This document shows, one piece after another, positions 19,399 through 30,505 of a stretch of 64,000 nt of DNA. The stretch is from Synechococcus sp. (GTDB lineage Bacteria > Cyanobacteriota > Cyanobacteriia > PCC-6307 > Cyanobiaceae): the NCBI GenBank assembly GCA_047285805.1, contig JBJBCN010000003.1:704001-768000 (forward strand), in the 5' to 3' direction. A model generated the notes under the pieces. It saw only the letters and a list, made by a program, of their open reading frames with translations. It had not been told where the DNA came from and ran no database searches. The translations under genes and the position numbers were made by a program. The first letter of the stretch is position 1, and every line of letters starts with the position of its first letter.

Positions 19399-20748
19399 AT
19401 GCCCTCCGACACGATCGCTGCCGTCGCTACCGCCGTCGCCGCCGGCGAGGGCAGCGTTTCAATCGTGCGCATCTCCGGGCCCGAGGCCGAAGCCATTGGA
19501 GCGCGTTTGTTTGAAGCGCCCGGCCAGCAGGTCTGGGAGAGCCACCGCGTGCTCTTCGGCCATGTGCGCGATCCCGGCAGCGGTGAGCGGGTGGATGAAG
19601 CGCTGCTGATCTTGATGCTCGCGCCCCGCAGCTTCACCCGCGAGACCGTCGTTGAGCTGCATTGCCATGGCGGGCTGATTTCCGTGCAGCGCGTCCTCGA
19701 GCTGGTGCTGGCCGCCGGGGCTCGACGCGCCTTGCCCGGTGAATTCAGCCAACGGGCCTTCCTCAACGGTCGGCTGGATCTCACCCGCGCTGAGGCCATC
19801 AGTGAGTTGGTGACGGCCCGTAGCCGGCGAGCCGCCCAGCTGGCGATGGCCGGTCTAGATGGTGGTCTTGAGCGTCAGATCAGTTCCCTCCGCCTGCGCC
19901 TGCTGGATCAGCTGGCAGAGCTGGAGGCGCGGGTGGATTTCGAAGACGACCTGCCGCCCTTGGATGGCGACGCGGTGGCCTCTGAATTGCGGGCTGTGCG
20001 CACCGCACTGTTGGAGCTGGTGGCGGACGGTGAGCGCGGTCAACTCCTGCGGGAGGGCCTCAAGGTGGCGATCGTGGGTCGCCCGAATGTCGGCAAGAGC
20101 AGCCTGCTCAACCTGCTCAGCCGCAGCGATCGCGCCATCGTCACCGACCTGCCTGGCACCACCCGCGATCTGGTGGAGAGCGAGTTGGTGCTCAAGGGCG
20201 TCCCCTTGACCCTGCTGGATACCGCCGGGATCCGTGACACCGAGGACCGCGTCGAGCAGATCGGCATCGAACGCAGTCGCTGCGCCCTGCAGGCTGCGGA
20301 CGTGGTGCTGCTCTTGTTTGACCTGGTCCAGGGTTGGTTGGCCGAGGACCAGGCATTGCTGGAGTCCCTCCCGCCAGGCATCCCCCATCTGTTGGTGGCC
20401 AATAAGGCGGACCAGGCGGCAGCGGAGCCGCCCGCCCACGCCGATGTATGCATCAGTGCCCTGACAGGTGCCGGTCATGGGGAGTTGGTTGATCGTCTGC
20501 TGCAGCGCTGCGGCCACGGCGGTGAGCAGGGGCTACAGGTGGCCCTGAATCAACGGCAGCTGGACCTGGCGGTTTCCGCGGCGGCGAGCTTGCAGCGCAC
20601 CCTGGAGGCCGGTGAGCAGCAGTTGCCCTGGGATTTTTGGACGATTGATCTGCGGGCGGCCGTGCGCTCCCTCGGGGAGATCACCGGTGCGGAGGTCACC
20701 GAGGCGGTGCTCGATCGGATCTTCTCCCGCTTCTGCATCGGCAAATAA
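19399..20748 (+). CDS. mnmE: tRNA modification GTPase MnmE
   Basis: DTIAAVAT, GEFSQRAFLNGR, GRPNVGKSS, GTTRD, FSRFCIGK. Confidence 0.98.
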   Translation: MPSDTIAAVATAVAAGEGSVSIVRISGPEAEAIGARLFEAPGQQVWESHRVLFGHVRDPGSGERVDEALLILMLAPRSFTRETVVELHCHGGLISVQRVLELVLAAGARRALPGEFSQRAFLNGRLDLTRAEAISELVTARSRRAAQLAMAGLDGGLERQISSLRLRLLDQLAELEARVDFEDDLPPLDGDAVASELRAVRTALLELVADGERGQLLREGLKVAIVGRPNVGKSSLLNLLSRSDRAIVTDLPGTTRDLVESELVLKGVPLTLLDTAGIRDTEDRVEQIGIERSRCALQAADVVLLLFDLVQGWLAEDQALLESLPPGIPHLLVANKADQAAAEPPAHADVCISALTGAGHGELVDRLLQRCGHGGEQGLQVALNQRQLDLAVSAAASLQRTLEAGEQQLPWDFWTIDLRAAVRSLGEITGAEVTEAVLDRIFSRFCIGK

Positions 20749-20792
20749 GGCCAGGAGCTAGGGCAAGCTGCCCTTGGGTCCTGTGAATTCAG

Positions 20793-21647
20793 ATGAGCGC
20801 CGCCTCGCTTCCCCTGACGCCAGCCCTTCGGCAGCAGCTGCGCAATTGGCTGCAGGAGGACCTGGGCCGCGGCGACCTCAGCGCCCCCGCCTTGGCCTCT
20901 GGTTGCTGCCAGGCCCACTGGATCAGCAAGGCCCCTGGGGTGTTCTGCGGCGGCTCACTCTTGGACGTTGTCTTCCGCGAGCTGGATCCGACCGCGAGCG
21001 TGGAGCTGCTGCTGGCGGACGGGGATCTGGTGAGCCCCGGGCAACGCCTGGTGAACCTGGAGGCTGAGGCGGCGGCCTTGGTGGCGGCCGAGCGCACGGC
21101 CCTGAATCTGGCGATGCACCTCTCTGGAATTGCCACGGCCACGGCCCTCCTGGTGGCCGAATTGGAGGGCAGCGGGGTCCGCTTGGCGGACACCCGTAAG
21201 ACCACCCCAGGGCTGCGGGTGCTGGAAAAGTACGCCGTGCGCTGCGGCGGTGGCGTGAACCATCGCCTCGGTGTGGACGATGCGGCGATGCTCAAGGAAA
21301 ACCACTTGGCCTGGGCCGGTGGGGTGGCCGCCGCGATCGCCGCTGTCCGCGCAGCGGCCCCCTGGCCGGCTCGCGTGATCGTGGAAGCCGAGACCGCCGC
21401 TGAGGCCCAGGCGGCGGTTGAGGCGGGAGCTGATGGGGTGTTGCTCGATGAGTTCACCTCGGAGGAGCTGCGGGACCTGGTCCCCCGCTTGCGGGCCCTG
21501 AGCCCCCGGCCGGTGGTGCTCGAGGCTTCCGGCGTGCAGCCGGATCAGCTGCGTGCCTATGGGGCTACAGGGATTGATCTGATTTCCACGAGCGCCCCGG
21601 TGACCCGCAGCAGCTGGCTGGACCTCAGCATGCGCTTCTCCAGCTGA
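20793..21647 (+). CDS. nadC: Quinolinate phosphoribosyltransferase
   Basis: EDLGRGDL, ERTALN, DTRKTTPGLR, NHRLG, KENH. Confidence 0.96.
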   Translation: MSAASLPLTPALRQQLRNWLQEDLGRGDLSAPALASGCCQAHWISKAPGVFCGGSLLDVVFRELDPTASVELLLADGDLVSPGQRLVNLEAEAAALVAAERTALNLAMHLSGIATATALLVAELEGSGVRLADTRKTTPGLRVLEKYAVRCGGGVNHRLGVDDAAMLKENHLAWAGGVAAAIAAVRAAAPWPARVIVEAETAAEAQAAVEAGADGVLLDEFTSEELRDLVPRLRALSPRPVVLEASGVQPDQLRAYGATGIDLISTSAPVTRSSWLDLSMRFSS

Positions 21648-21694
21648 GCCATTCCCGCGGAGAGGGATGATCTGAAGATCTCCCCCGCATCTCC

Positions 21695-23479
21695 ATGCTC
21701 CGCATCGCCCACTCCTTGGAGAACCAGCTGCGGGATGCGATGCAACGGGCCTTCCCCGAGGCCGCGGCGGCCGGGCAGGCCTTTGATCCCCAGCTCGCCC
21801 CGGCCAGTAAGCCGGAATTCGGGGATTTTCAGGCCAATGGTGCCTTGCCCCTGGCCAAGCCCTTGGGCCAGCCCCCCCGCAAGATCGCCGAGGCGGTGGT
21901 GGAGCAGCTAATGGCCGATGCGGCCTTCATGGCCCTTTGCCAGGACCCGCAGATTGCGGGCCCAGGTTTTATCAACATCACGCTCCAGCCCGAGCGTTTG
22001 GCGGCGGAGGTGCAGCAGCGACTTGGGGATGCCCGCCTCGGCGTTCCCGCCGTGGAGCAGGCCGCGCCGGTGGTGGTGGACTTCTCCAGCCCCAATATTG
22101 CCAAGGAGATGCACGTGGGGCACCTGCGCTCCACGATCATTGGCGACTCCCTGGCCCGTGTTCTGGAGTTCCGCGATCATCCGGTCCTGCGGCTGAACCA
22201 CGTGGGGGATTGGGGCACCCAGTTCGGGATGCTGATCACCCACCTGAAGCAGGTGGCCCCGGAAGCGCTGGAGACCGCAGATGCGGTCGATCTTGGTGAC
22301 TTGGTGGCATTTTACCGCGAGGCCAAAAAACGCTTCGATGAGGACGAGGCTTTCCAGACCACCTCACGAGAGGAGGTGGTGAAACTCCAGGGCGGTGACC
22401 CGGTCTCCCTGAAGGCCTGGGGGCTGCTCTGTGATCAGAGCCGCCGCGAGTTCCAGAAGATCTACGACCGCCTCGACATTCGCCTGAGCGAACGGGGTGA
22501 ATCCTTCTACAACCCCTATCTGGAAGGGGTCGTCCGCGACCTGGAGGCCACGGGCCTGCTCGTGGTGGATGACGGTGCGCGCTGCGTCTTTCTCGAGGGG
22601 GTGAGCGGCAAGGACGGCAAGCCCTTGCCGGTGATCGTCCAGAAGAGTGACGGCGGATTCAACTACGCCACCACCGACCTGGCGGCCATTCGTTATCGCT
22701 TTGGCTCAGCCCCGGAGGGGGACGGCGCCCGCCGGGTTGTATACGTGACAGATGCTGGCCAGGCGAACCACTTCGCGGGAGTCTTCCAGGTGGCCCGCCG
22801 GGCTGGTTGGTTGCCCGAGGGTGCGCGCTTGGAGCACGTGCCCTTTGGTTTGGTTCAAGGGGAAGACGGCAAGAAGTTAAAAACCCGTGCCGGGGATACT
22901 GTGCGCCTGCGGGATCTTTTGGATGAGGCCGTTGAGCGCTCTGAGGCGGACCTGCGTCGTCGCCTCGAGGAGGAGGGCCGCAGCGAGGACGAGGCCTTCA
23001 TCGAGCACGTCGCCACCACGGTTGGTCTGGCGGCCGTGAAGTACGCCGACCTCAGCCAGAACCGCATCACCAACTACCAGTTCAGCTTTGATCGGATGCT
23101 GGCCCTGCATGGCAACACAGCTCCCTACTTGCTTTACGCGGTGGTGCGCATTGCCGGCATCGCCCGTAAAGGCGGGGACCTGGATACGGCCGCGATTGGG
23201 CCACTTCAGTTCAATGAGCCCAAGGAATGGGCCCTGGTGCGGGAGTTGCTCAAGTTCGATGCCGTGGTCGCCGAGGTCGAGGAGGAGCTGCTGCCCAATC
23301 GTCTCTGCACCTATTTGTTTGAGCTCTCCCAGGTGTTCAACCGCTTCTACGACCAGGTGCCCGTGCTCAAGGCTGACCCAGACTCTCTTCCCTCCCGTCT
23401 CGCCCTTTGCCGTCTCACCGCCGACACCCTCAAACTGGGGTTGGGTCTGTTGGGCATCCCAACGCTGGATCGGATGTGA
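21695..23479 (+). CDS. argS: Arginine--tRNA ligase
   Basis: [42 protein letters not shown]. Confidence 0.98.
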   Translation: MLRIAHSLENQLRDAMQRAFPEAAAAGQAFDPQLAPASKPEFGDFQANGALPLAKPLGQPPRKIAEAVVEQLMADAAFMALCQDPQIAGPGFINITLQPERLAAEVQQRLGDARLGVPAVEQAAPVVVDFSSPNIAKEMHVGHLRSTIIGDSLARVLEFRDHPVLRLNHVGDWGTQFGMLITHLKQVAPEALETADAVDLGDLVAFYREAKKRFDEDEAFQTTSREEVVKLQGGDPVSLKAWGLLCDQSRREFQKIYDRLDIRLSERGESFYNPYLEGVVRDLEATGLLVVDDGARCVFLEGVSGKDGKPLPVIVQKSDGGFNYATTDLAAIRYRFGSAPEGDGARRVVYVTDAGQANHFAGVFQVARRAGWLPEGARLEHVPFGLVQGEDGKKLKTRAGDTVRLRDLLDEAVERSEADLRRRLEEEGRSEDEAFIEHVATTVGLAAVKYADLSQNRITNYQFSFDRMLALHGNTAPYLLYAVVRIAGIARKGGDLDTAAIGPLQFNEPKEWALVRELLKFDAVVAEVEEELLPNRLCTYLFELSQVFNRFYDQVPVLKADPDSLPSRLALCRLTADTLKLGLGLLGIPTLDRM

Positions 23480-24567
23480 TGGAGCAAGCGTGGCCACCGG
23501 CTCGCCCTGAAGTGGAGAGCCTCCATGCCTACAGCGCTCCCCTGGAGGGACGCCGGTCGTTGCTGCGACTCGACTTCAACGAAAACACCGTCGGCCCCAG
23601 CCCCTGCGTTGTCGAGGCGCTGCGAGCCATCCCTGCTGATCAGATCGGGATTTACCCCGAGTACGACGGCCTGCGGGAAGCCGTCGTCGCCAACCTGGGA
23701 CTGCCGCTACAGCCCGAGCAAGTCGGACTGTTCAACGGTGTCGATGCGGCCATCCACGCCGTCTTTCACTCCTATGGCGACCGCGGGGAGACGTTGCTCA
23801 CCACGTCGCCGACCTTTGGCTACTACACGCCCTGCGCTCAGATGCAGGGGATGACGATCGAGGCGGTTCCCTATGTGGGGGAGGCCTTTGACTTTCCGCT
23901 GGAGACGATTCGCGAGCGCCTGAAGGCCCTAAAGCCCCGACTGCTCCTGATCTGTAATCCGAACAACCCCACCGGGACCCGCCTCGCTCCAGATGTCATC
24001 TGCGAGCTCGCTGCCGCAGCACCATCGACGTTGGTGGTGGTGGATGAGCTCTACGAGGCCTTCACAGGCGACAGCGTTCTCCCCAGTGCCGACTTCGCAG
24101 CCACGTCGAATCTGCTGGTGCTGCGCTCGCTGGCCAAAACCGCCGGTTTGGCTGGGTTGCGCATCGGCTTTGCCATGGGGCACGCCGCCGTGGTCGATCG
24201 CGTCAGCCGGGTCACGGGGCCCTACGACATCAACAGTTTTGCGGTGACGGCGGCCTTCGCAGCTCTGAAGGATCAGGCATACGTGGATGCCTACGTCCAG
24301 CAGGTCCTCCAGGCCAGAACCTGGTTGGCGGAGACGCTCCAGGCCGCAGGTGTTCGACACCACATCGATGGCGGGAACTACCTGCTGGTCTGGCCCAAGG
24401 CTGATCCGGCGCTGATCGATCAGGGGCTTCGTCAGGCCGGGATTCTGGTGCGGGCCATGACCGGTAAGCGATTGATTGATGGCTCGCTGCGGGTCAGCCT
24501 GGGCACCACGGCGCAGATGCAGCAGTTCTGGGCGGCCTATGCGGCCCTCGATGGGCTCGCGACTTAG
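23479..24567 (+). CDS. hisC: Histidinol-phosphate aminotransferase
   Basis: LDFNEN, CNPNNPTG, DELY, RSLAKTAGLAGLRIG. Confidence 0.88.
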   Translation: MEQAWPPARPEVESLHAYSAPLEGRRSLLRLDFNENTVGPSPCVVEALRAIPADQIGIYPEYDGLREAVVANLGLPLQPEQVGLFNGVDAAIHAVFHSYGDRGETLLTTSPTFGYYTPCAQMQGMTIEAVPYVGEAFDFPLETIRERLKALKPRLLLICNPNNPTGTRLAPDVICELAAAAPSTLVVVDELYEAFTGDSVLPSADFAATSNLLVLRSLAKTAGLAGLRIGFAMGHAAVVDRVSRVTGPYDINSFAVTAAFAALKDQAYVDAYVQQVLQARTWLAETLQAAGVRHHIDGGNYLLVWPKADPALIDQGLRQAGILVRAMTGKRLIDGSLRVSLGTTAQMQQFWAAYAALDGLAT

Positions 24568-25274
24568 CGCATCACATCGATTTGGGTGCCCTCACCGAGC
24601 TGGCCGGGCAGGCTCAGCACGCGGCCGACCCGTTTGACGCTGGTGCCCTTCATGGCCTCGAGGAAGGGTTCAACGCTGCTTTGGTCGCAGTTCGCCGGGG
24701 TCTTGCCGCTGACGTACTGAACTGGGATGACCCGTTTGGGTGCCAGCTCGCGCACCACCGCCGCGGCTTCCGCGCCGTCGTAAACCTTCGCGCCACCGCC
24801 AACACCGAGGATCAGCACGTCGGGCTTGCCAAGCAGCACCCGATCTTCCGGAGTCAGCTTGGCGGCCGTGCCCCCCAGGTGGGCAAAGGTCAGGCCCCCC
24901 TGGCGCCAGCGCCAGAGGGTGGCTTGTCCAAACCGACGTCCGCCGAAGCGGTCATGGGGTGCCGAGATGCCTTCGATCTTGAGGCCGGCCAGGCGGTAGG
25001 AGCCGGGTTGGCTTAGAAACTTGCCGCTGGCCACAGGGGCCCCTTCATCTAGCAGCAGGCTGCTGGCCAGGATCACGTTGGCTTTGACCTTGGGTTCCGC
25101 CAGTCCCGCGGCGCAGGCCACGGCCTTGAAAGGGTTGATCAGAACCTTGGCTCCACCGCCTCGGATCATGAGGGCGCTGTGGCCGTAGCTGGTGATCGTC
25201 ACACCGGTGCCGGCGCTTGCCGCCAAGGGGAGAGCGACGGCTGCGGCAGCCAGGGTGCGGATCAGCAGGGCCAT
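24564..25274 (-). CDS. Exported metallo-beta-lactamase-fold protein
   Basis: Signal peptide; ITSYGHSA, HDRFGG, AHLG, PKRVIPVQY; canonical HxHxDH not present. Confidence 0.82.
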   Translation of the reverse strand: MALLIRTLAAAAVALPLAASAGTGVTITSYGHSALMIRGGGAKVLINPFKAVACAAGLAEPKVKANVILASSLLLDEGAPVASGKFLSQPGSYRLAGLKIEGISAPHDRFGGRRFGQATLWRWRQGGLTFAHLGGTAAKLTPEDRVLLGKPDVLILGVGGGAKVYDGAEAAAVVRELAPKRVIPVQYVSGKTPANCDQSSVEPFLEAMKGTSVKRVGRVLSLPGQLGEGTQIDVMR

Positions 25275-25299
25275 GGAGCAGCTGGAGTTGGGCCGAACG

Positions 25300-25896
25300 T
25301 TAGCCGGCTGCCGCTTGGGCCAGGAAATTCCCCAGCAGCTGATGACCGCTCTGGGTGAGCACGCTTTCCGGGTGGAATTGCACCCCCTGTAGGTGGGTAA
25401 ATTCCCTGTGACGCAGGCCCATGATCGTGCCGTCATCCAGCCAGGCCGTTATCTCCAAGCAGTCCGGCAGGGACTCCCGCTCGGCGATCAGGCTGTGATA
25501 GCGGGTGGCCGTCAGCGGGTTGGGCAGGCCGGCGAAGACGCCAGCTCCCTCATGGAGCACCGGAGAGGTCTTGCCGTGCATCAGTTCCTTTGCCCGGATC
25601 ACCTTGCCGCCATAGACCTGGGCGATGGATTGATGGCCGAGGCAAACCCCCAGGGTGGGGATGGTGGGGCTCAGTCCCCGCAGGACCTCGAGGCAGACGC
25701 CGGATTGATCAGGATCGCCAGGACCCGGTGAAATCAACATCGCGTCCGGATTCAGCGCCCGGATCTGCTCCAGCGTGAGGGCGTCATTTCGCTCTACCCG
25801 CAGGTCCTCGGTGATCGGGTGGTCGGCCGCCAGTTCACCCAGGTACTGCACCAGGTTGAAGGTGAAGCTGTCGTAGTTGTCGAGAACGAGAAGCAT
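25300..25896 (-). CDS. trpG: Anthranilate/ADC synthase glutamine amidotransferase subunit
   Basis: [35 protein letters not shown]. Confidence 0.95.
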   Translation of the reverse strand: MLLVLDNYDSFTFNLVQYLGELAADHPITEDLRVERNDALTLEQIRALNPDAMLISPGPGDPDQSGVCLEVLRGLSPTIPTLGVCLGHQSIAQVYGGKVIRAKELMHGKTSPVLHEGAGVFAGLPNPLTATRYHSLIAERESLPDCLEITAWLDDGTIMGLRHREFTHLQGVQFHPESVLTQSGHQLLGNFLAQAAAG

Positions 25897-25919
25897 CAGC
25901 CCTGCAGCCAGGGAACCAT

Positions 25920-26384
25920 TCAAACGCCCAGACGGACCAAGAGGGCGGGGAAGATCAGGAGCGCTGCAATCACTACGGAACTGAGGGCGGCCACCAAGAC
26001 CGCTGCGGCAGCGCAATCCTTCGCGATGCGTGCCAGGGGGTGGAACTGCCGGCCGATCGCGAGATCCACCACCGCTTCGGTGGCGGTATTGATCAGCTCC
26101 AGCACCAGGACCGCGGCCACGGTTAAGACCAGGACGGCCAACTGCGGCAAGGGCAGCTGCAGCCAGAGGCCCAGGCCAAAGACGCAGACCCCGGTCACCA
26201 CGTGGATGCGGAAATTGCGCTGGCTGCGGAAGCCGTAGATCAGACCCTGGGCCGCATAGCGAAAACTCGCGGGCAGATTGTTGGCCACTTGCCAGGCTCC
26301 AAGTCTCCTCACCTTGCTGGCTGACTCAGCCGTTTGCTGGAGGCTGGGTCTGGCGTTCGGGGTGGATTCCTTGGGTTGGAGCAT
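25920..26384 (-). CDS. dgkA: Diacylglycerol/undecaprenol kinase family protein
   Basis: [36 protein letters not shown]. Confidence 0.9.
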   Translation of the reverse strand: MLQPKESTPNARPSLQQTAESASKVRRLGAWQVANNLPASFRYAAQGLIYGFRSQRNFRIHVVTGVCVFGLGLWLQLPLPQLAVLVLTVAAVLVLELINTATEAVVDLAIGRQFHPLARIAKDCAAAAVLVAALSSVVIAALLIFPALLVRLGV

Positions 26385-26435
26385 CGGCAAAGGCGCCAAG
26401 CGCAGGCCTTTGGCCGCACCCTACCGCTGCTGGAT

Positions 26436-26984
26436 TCAGTCGAGAAGCTGCTGCTGCCGCTGCAGCATCGCTTCGAGGCTGGCGTCGTCGGGGTGATCCC
26501 ACCCCAGCAGATGGAGCAAGCCATGGGTGGCCAGGAACAGCAGTTCATCCCGCAGGCTGTGCTGGTGCTCCGGGGCCTGACGGGCGGCAGTCTCGATCGA
26601 GATCACGATGTCGCCCAGCTCCAGGCCATCGAGCAGTCCGTCCTCTACGTCGAAGTCCGGTATCGGGATGGCGGGGGCATCGTCGAGGCCATCGTCCTGG
26701 GCGGCGAAGGCCAGCACGTCCGTCGGCCCGGCTTTGTCTCGCCAATCACTGTTGAGGGCTGCGATCTCCTCATCGCAGACCAGGCTCAGGCCCAGGCTGT
26801 AGGCCGGAGCCAGTAGGGACTCAGGCAGTTCGGCGCTGAGTTGGGCCAACCAGCCACTGATCAGCCCATGCCACGGTTCAATGCCGCTGATCGGATCACA
26901 GAGGTCAGCGGCGTCCTGGACCAGGGTCTCCGGTAGATCCTCCGCGGCCTCAAAGGCCAAGTCGAGATCCGGGTCCGTCGTCAT
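26436..26984 (-). CDS. ybeY: rRNA maturation endoribonuclease YbeY
   Basis: PTDVLAF, LGDIVIS, HGLLHLLGWDH. Confidence 0.96.
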   Translation of the reverse strand: MTTDPDLDLAFEAAEDLPETLVQDAADLCDPISGIEPWHGLISGWLAQLSAELPESLLAPAYSLGLSLVCDEEIAALNSDWRDKAGPTDVLAFAAQDDGLDDAPAIPIPDFDVEDGLLDGLELGDIVISIETAARQAPEHQHSLRDELLFLATHGLLHLLGWDHPDDASLEAMLQRQQQLLD

Positions 26985-26988
26985 CGCC

Positions 26989-27168
26989 TCAGGCTCCAGG
27001 CAGTTGGGGTTTGCCTAGCCAGGCCACCAGGAGGATGAAGCCGAGGAAGCCCAGGCCGGTCAAGCCGAAATGGAACATGCTCAGCTTCCCTTTCCGCACC
27101 ATGTTGCGCATCGCCAGTTTCGTGAAACTGGGGTTCTCGCCCGAGGGTGGCGTTGAGGGATCAGTCAT
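26989..27168 (-). CDS. DUF3285-family small membrane protein
   Basis: [15 protein letters not shown]...HFGLT motif. Confidence 0.85.
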   Translation of the reverse strand: MTDPSTPPSGENPSFTKLAMRNMVRKGKLSMFHFGLTGLGFLGFILLVAWLGKPQLPGA

Positions 27169-28289
27169 CGCTGCTGGCTCCTGCGACTTCGACGCTGGCA
27201 TGCAGCAGGCTTTGGATGAAGGGATCGAGATCCCCATCCATCACCCCTTGCACGTCGGTGGTTTCGTGCTGGGTGCGCAGGTCTTTCACCATTTGGTACG
27301 GGTGGAAGACGTAATTCCGGATTTGATTGCCCCAGGCGGCTTCAACGATGTCGCCGCGGATGTCGGCAATCTCAGCGGCCCGCTGCTCTTGGGCGATCAC
27401 CAGCAGCTTGGCCATCAGCAGGGCCATCGCCTTTTCCTTGTTCTGGAGCTGGGAGCGCTCCTGGGTGCAGCGCACGAACAGGCCGGTCGGAATGTGGAGG
27501 ATCCGCACAGCGGTCTCCACCTTGTTCACGTTCTGACCGCCGGCGCCGCCGGAGCGGGACGTGGTGATCTCCAGGTCCTTTTCGGGGATGTCCAGCTTCA
27601 CCTCCTCCTCGATCTTTGGCATCACCTCCACGCCCGCGAAGCTGGTTTGGCGCTTGTCGTTGGCGTTGAACGGGGAGATGCGCACCAGCCGGTGCGTGCC
27701 CTTCTCGTTGCGCAGATAGCCGTAGGCGTAGCGGCCCTCGATTTCGATCGTGCAGCTCTTGATGCCCGCCTCCTCCCCGTCGCTGAGTTCGTCGACGGTC
27801 ACCTTCATGCCGTGGTCTTCGGCCCAGCGGGTGTACATCCGCATCAGCATCAGTGCCCAGTCCTGGGCGTCGGTGCCGCCGGCACCGGCATTAATGCTGA
27901 TGACCGCTCCTTCCTTGTCATAGGGGCCGCTGAGCAGGCGCTCGAGTTCCCAGCGGTCCAGGTCGGCCCGCAGTTTCTTCAGGGCGGCATCCGATTCGCT
28001 GAGCAGCTCCTCGTCGGGTTCCAGGCCGTAGATCTCGACCGTGGCTTCGGCGTCGGCCACGGCGCCCTGCCATTGGGCGAGCTGCTCGAGCTGAGCCTTC
28101 ACCTCGTCCAGTTGGCGCATCTTGGCTTGCGCCTGTTTCTGGTCATCCCAGAAGTCGGGCTGGGAGGCCAGTTGCTCGAGGTCCTGTTGCCGTGCGTTCA
28201 GTGCAGCGACGTCAAAGACAGTCCTGGGCATTGCCCAGGCGGTCAGTGAGCTCGGAGAGATCGCGCTTGAAGTCGGTGAGGTCGAGCAC
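27161..28289 (-). CDS. prfB: Peptide chain release factor 2 (programmed +1 frameshift after codon 25)
   Basis: GTG 28289 [25 protein letters not shown], then CTT TGA C (28217-28211); downstream frame has SPF and GGQ. Confidence 0.97.
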
Positions 28290-28405
28290 CGGGCAGGAAG
28301 GAACTTGGTTTGACCGTATCAGTGCAGCTCGAGCGCAGGGCGGCTTCCCGTCCAAGCCCCTCAAATCTCGCTTCTAGGATTTCCCCATACTTGAGAATTG
28401 GCGCG

Positions 28406-28663
28406 ATGCCGACGGTTGAGATCTACACCTGGCGCGCCTGTCCGTTTTGCATCCGCGCTAAGGCCCTCCTGGACCGCAAAGGGTTGACCTACACCGAGTA
28501 CGCCATCGATGGCGATCAGGCCGCTCGCCAGGCGATGTCCGAGAAGGCGGGTGGGCGCACCAGTGTTCCTCAGACTTTTATTGATAGTCAGCACGTGGGT
28601 GGGTGTGATGATCTCTATGCGTTGGAGCGCAGCGGTCAGCTCGATGCCCTGCTGGGAGCCTGA
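28406..28663 (+). CDS. grxC: Glutaredoxin 3
   Basis: CPFC, SVPQTFI, GGCDDL. Confidence 0.95.
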   Translation: MPTVEIYTWRACPFCIRAKALLDRKGLTYTEYAIDGDQAARQAMSEKAGGRTSVPQTFIDSQHVGGCDDLYALERSGQLDALLGA

Positions 28664-28665
28664 GC

Positions 28666-29649
28666 TTGAGCGCGCTCACTAGCGATCTGCCCGCCCAGTT
28701 GTTCGTGATAGATCCCATCGCGCGGCTGCGTCCCACCAAGGACTCCAGCGTTGCCCTGATGCAGGCGGCCCAGCGGACTGGTCATCAGGTCTGGGTCTGC
28801 ACGCCGGCTCAACTCTCCGTTCAAGGTCAAAGCACCTTGGTGCTGGCCCAGCCGATCCGTTTGGCTGAGATCCTCCCGACGGCCAGCGGTTGGGATTTGC
28901 CGGAGCGTTGGTTCGAAGCCGATGAACCCCGCTGGCTTCCCCTGTGTAGCTTCCCCCTGGTCTGGATGCGGAAGGATCCGCCGGTGGATGAGGCCTACCT
29001 CTACGCCACCCATCTGCTGGAGCTGGCCGAGCGTCATGGGGTGCGGGTGCTGAATCGCCCCGCGTCTCTGCGGGCCTGGAACGAAAAGCTTGGTGCCCTG
29101 CGCTGGAGCCATTTGATGGCCCCCAGCCTGGTCAGTGCGGATGTCGAGCAGTTGGCGGCCTTCGCCGCGGAGCACGGTGATGTCGTGCTGAAACCCCTGG
29201 GTGGCCGGGCCGGCCAGGGGGTCGTGCGCAGCCATGGGGAAGCCCCCGGGTTGAAGGCCCTGCTGGAACTGGTAACGGCCCAGCAGGGCTTGCCGGTGAT
29301 GGTGCAAGCGTTTTTGCCGGCGGTGACCGAGGGCGATAAGCGCATCCTGCTGGTGGACGGGGAGCCCCTTGGAGCGGTGAACCGGATGCCGGCAGCTGGG
29401 GAGTTCCGCAGCAACTTGGCGGTCGGTGGCTCACCTCAGGCCACCGAATTGACGGATCAGGAGCGTCAGATCTGTGCCGAGTTGACCTCGTCCCTGCGCG
29501 CCGAAGGGTTGTTCTTTGTGGGCATCGATGTCATCGATGGACGCCTGAGTGAGATCAATGTCACCAGCCCCACCGGGGTGCGTGAGGTTGAGCGTCTGAG
29601 CGGCATCCCCTTGGCCGATCAGGCCATGGAGCGTCTGTTAGCCGGGTAG
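28666..29649 (+). CDS. gshB: Glutathione synthetase
   Basis: [41 protein letters not shown]. Confidence 0.97.
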   Translation: MSALTSDLPAQLFVIDPIARLRPTKDSSVALMQAAQRTGHQVWVCTPAQLSVQGQSTLVLAQPIRLAEILPTASGWDLPERWFEADEPRWLPLCSFPLVWMRKDPPVDEAYLYATHLLELAERHGVRVLNRPASLRAWNEKLGALRWSHLMAPSLVSADVEQLAAFAAEHGDVVLKPLGGRAGQGVVRSHGEAPGLKALLELVTAQQGLPVMVQAFLPAVTEGDKRILLVDGEPLGAVNRMPAAGEFRSNLAVGGSPQATELTDQERQICAELTSSLRAEGLFFVGIDVIDGRLSEINVTSPTGVREVERLSGIPLADQAMERLLAG

Positions 29650-30505
29650 TGCCGCCCCGCAGTTGTCCCAGAACTGGGCTTCAGCCCTGTGGCATTTGGC
29701 GTTCCAGTGCCCGCAGCTCCGGTGGACGAGGGTCGTTTGAAGCCGCTGCATTTGTTGGAATTTGGCGCCGACGATTCCCGTTGGCAGGGCAATGATGCTG
29801 TAGCCCAGCAGCATCACCAGCGCAGCCACCAGGCGACCGAAGGGGGTTACGGGAGTGACATCGCCGTAGCCAACCGTGGTGATCGTCACCACGGCCCAAT
29901 AGATCCGAATCGGGATGCTGCTGAAGCCGCTTTCAGGACCTTCGATCACGTACATCAAGGTGCCAATCAGCACCACTAGAGCGACGATCGTCAGCAAGAA
30001 CACTCTGATCTTGCAGTGGCTCCGCACCAATGCTTGGCGCAGTTGATTGGCTTCGTTGAGATAGGCCTCCAACTTCAGGATCCGGAACATACGCAACAGC
30101 CGTAGCACGCGGATGATCAGAAACGATTGGAGTAGGGGAACCCCAATGGTTAGCGGGGGGGGAATGCTTGAGCAGATCCACCAAGCCAAAGAAGCTGCGC
30201 CCTTAGCGCAGGGGCGCGCGGCTGCGCTAAGGGCGCAGCAGGTACTCCAGGCTGAAAAGGGTGGAGAAGACTCGCTCGGTGCCGCTGAACCAGGGACCAA
30301 AGCGACGTCCAAGGGGGGCATCGCTCTCCAGCTCCACCAGCAGGACGCTCAGGCTGATGCCAATAAGGAGGCCGAGGTCGAAGGATTTGCCGGCGGGGGT
30401 GTCCGATTCGAAGATCACCTGCTCGAGCCGGGTCTTGCCGAGCCATTGCCGCAGGCCGAGGGCAAATATGACTGTCCCCACCCCCAGGCCTGCCCCCGGC
30501 TGCAT
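29638..30505 (-). pseudogene. Voltage-gated K+ channel (ion transporter) pseudogene
   Basis: IFESDTPAGKSFD, EYLLR, SFFGLVDLL, S4 RVLRLLRMFRILKL, filter TTVGYGD. In-frame stops at 30227-30229 and 30203-30205; frameshift near 30155-30170. Confidence 0.9.
30194..30239. repeat. Perfect 18-bp inverted repeat with 10-nt spacer
   Basis: GCTGCGCCCTTAGCGCAG (30194-30211) / CTGCGCTAAGGGCGCAGC (30222-30239). Confidence 0.95.

Noticed and set aside
20126..20133. HIP1 octamer GCGATCGC
   Set aside because: Only a few scattered copies noticed by eye; enrichment cannot be claimed without counting.
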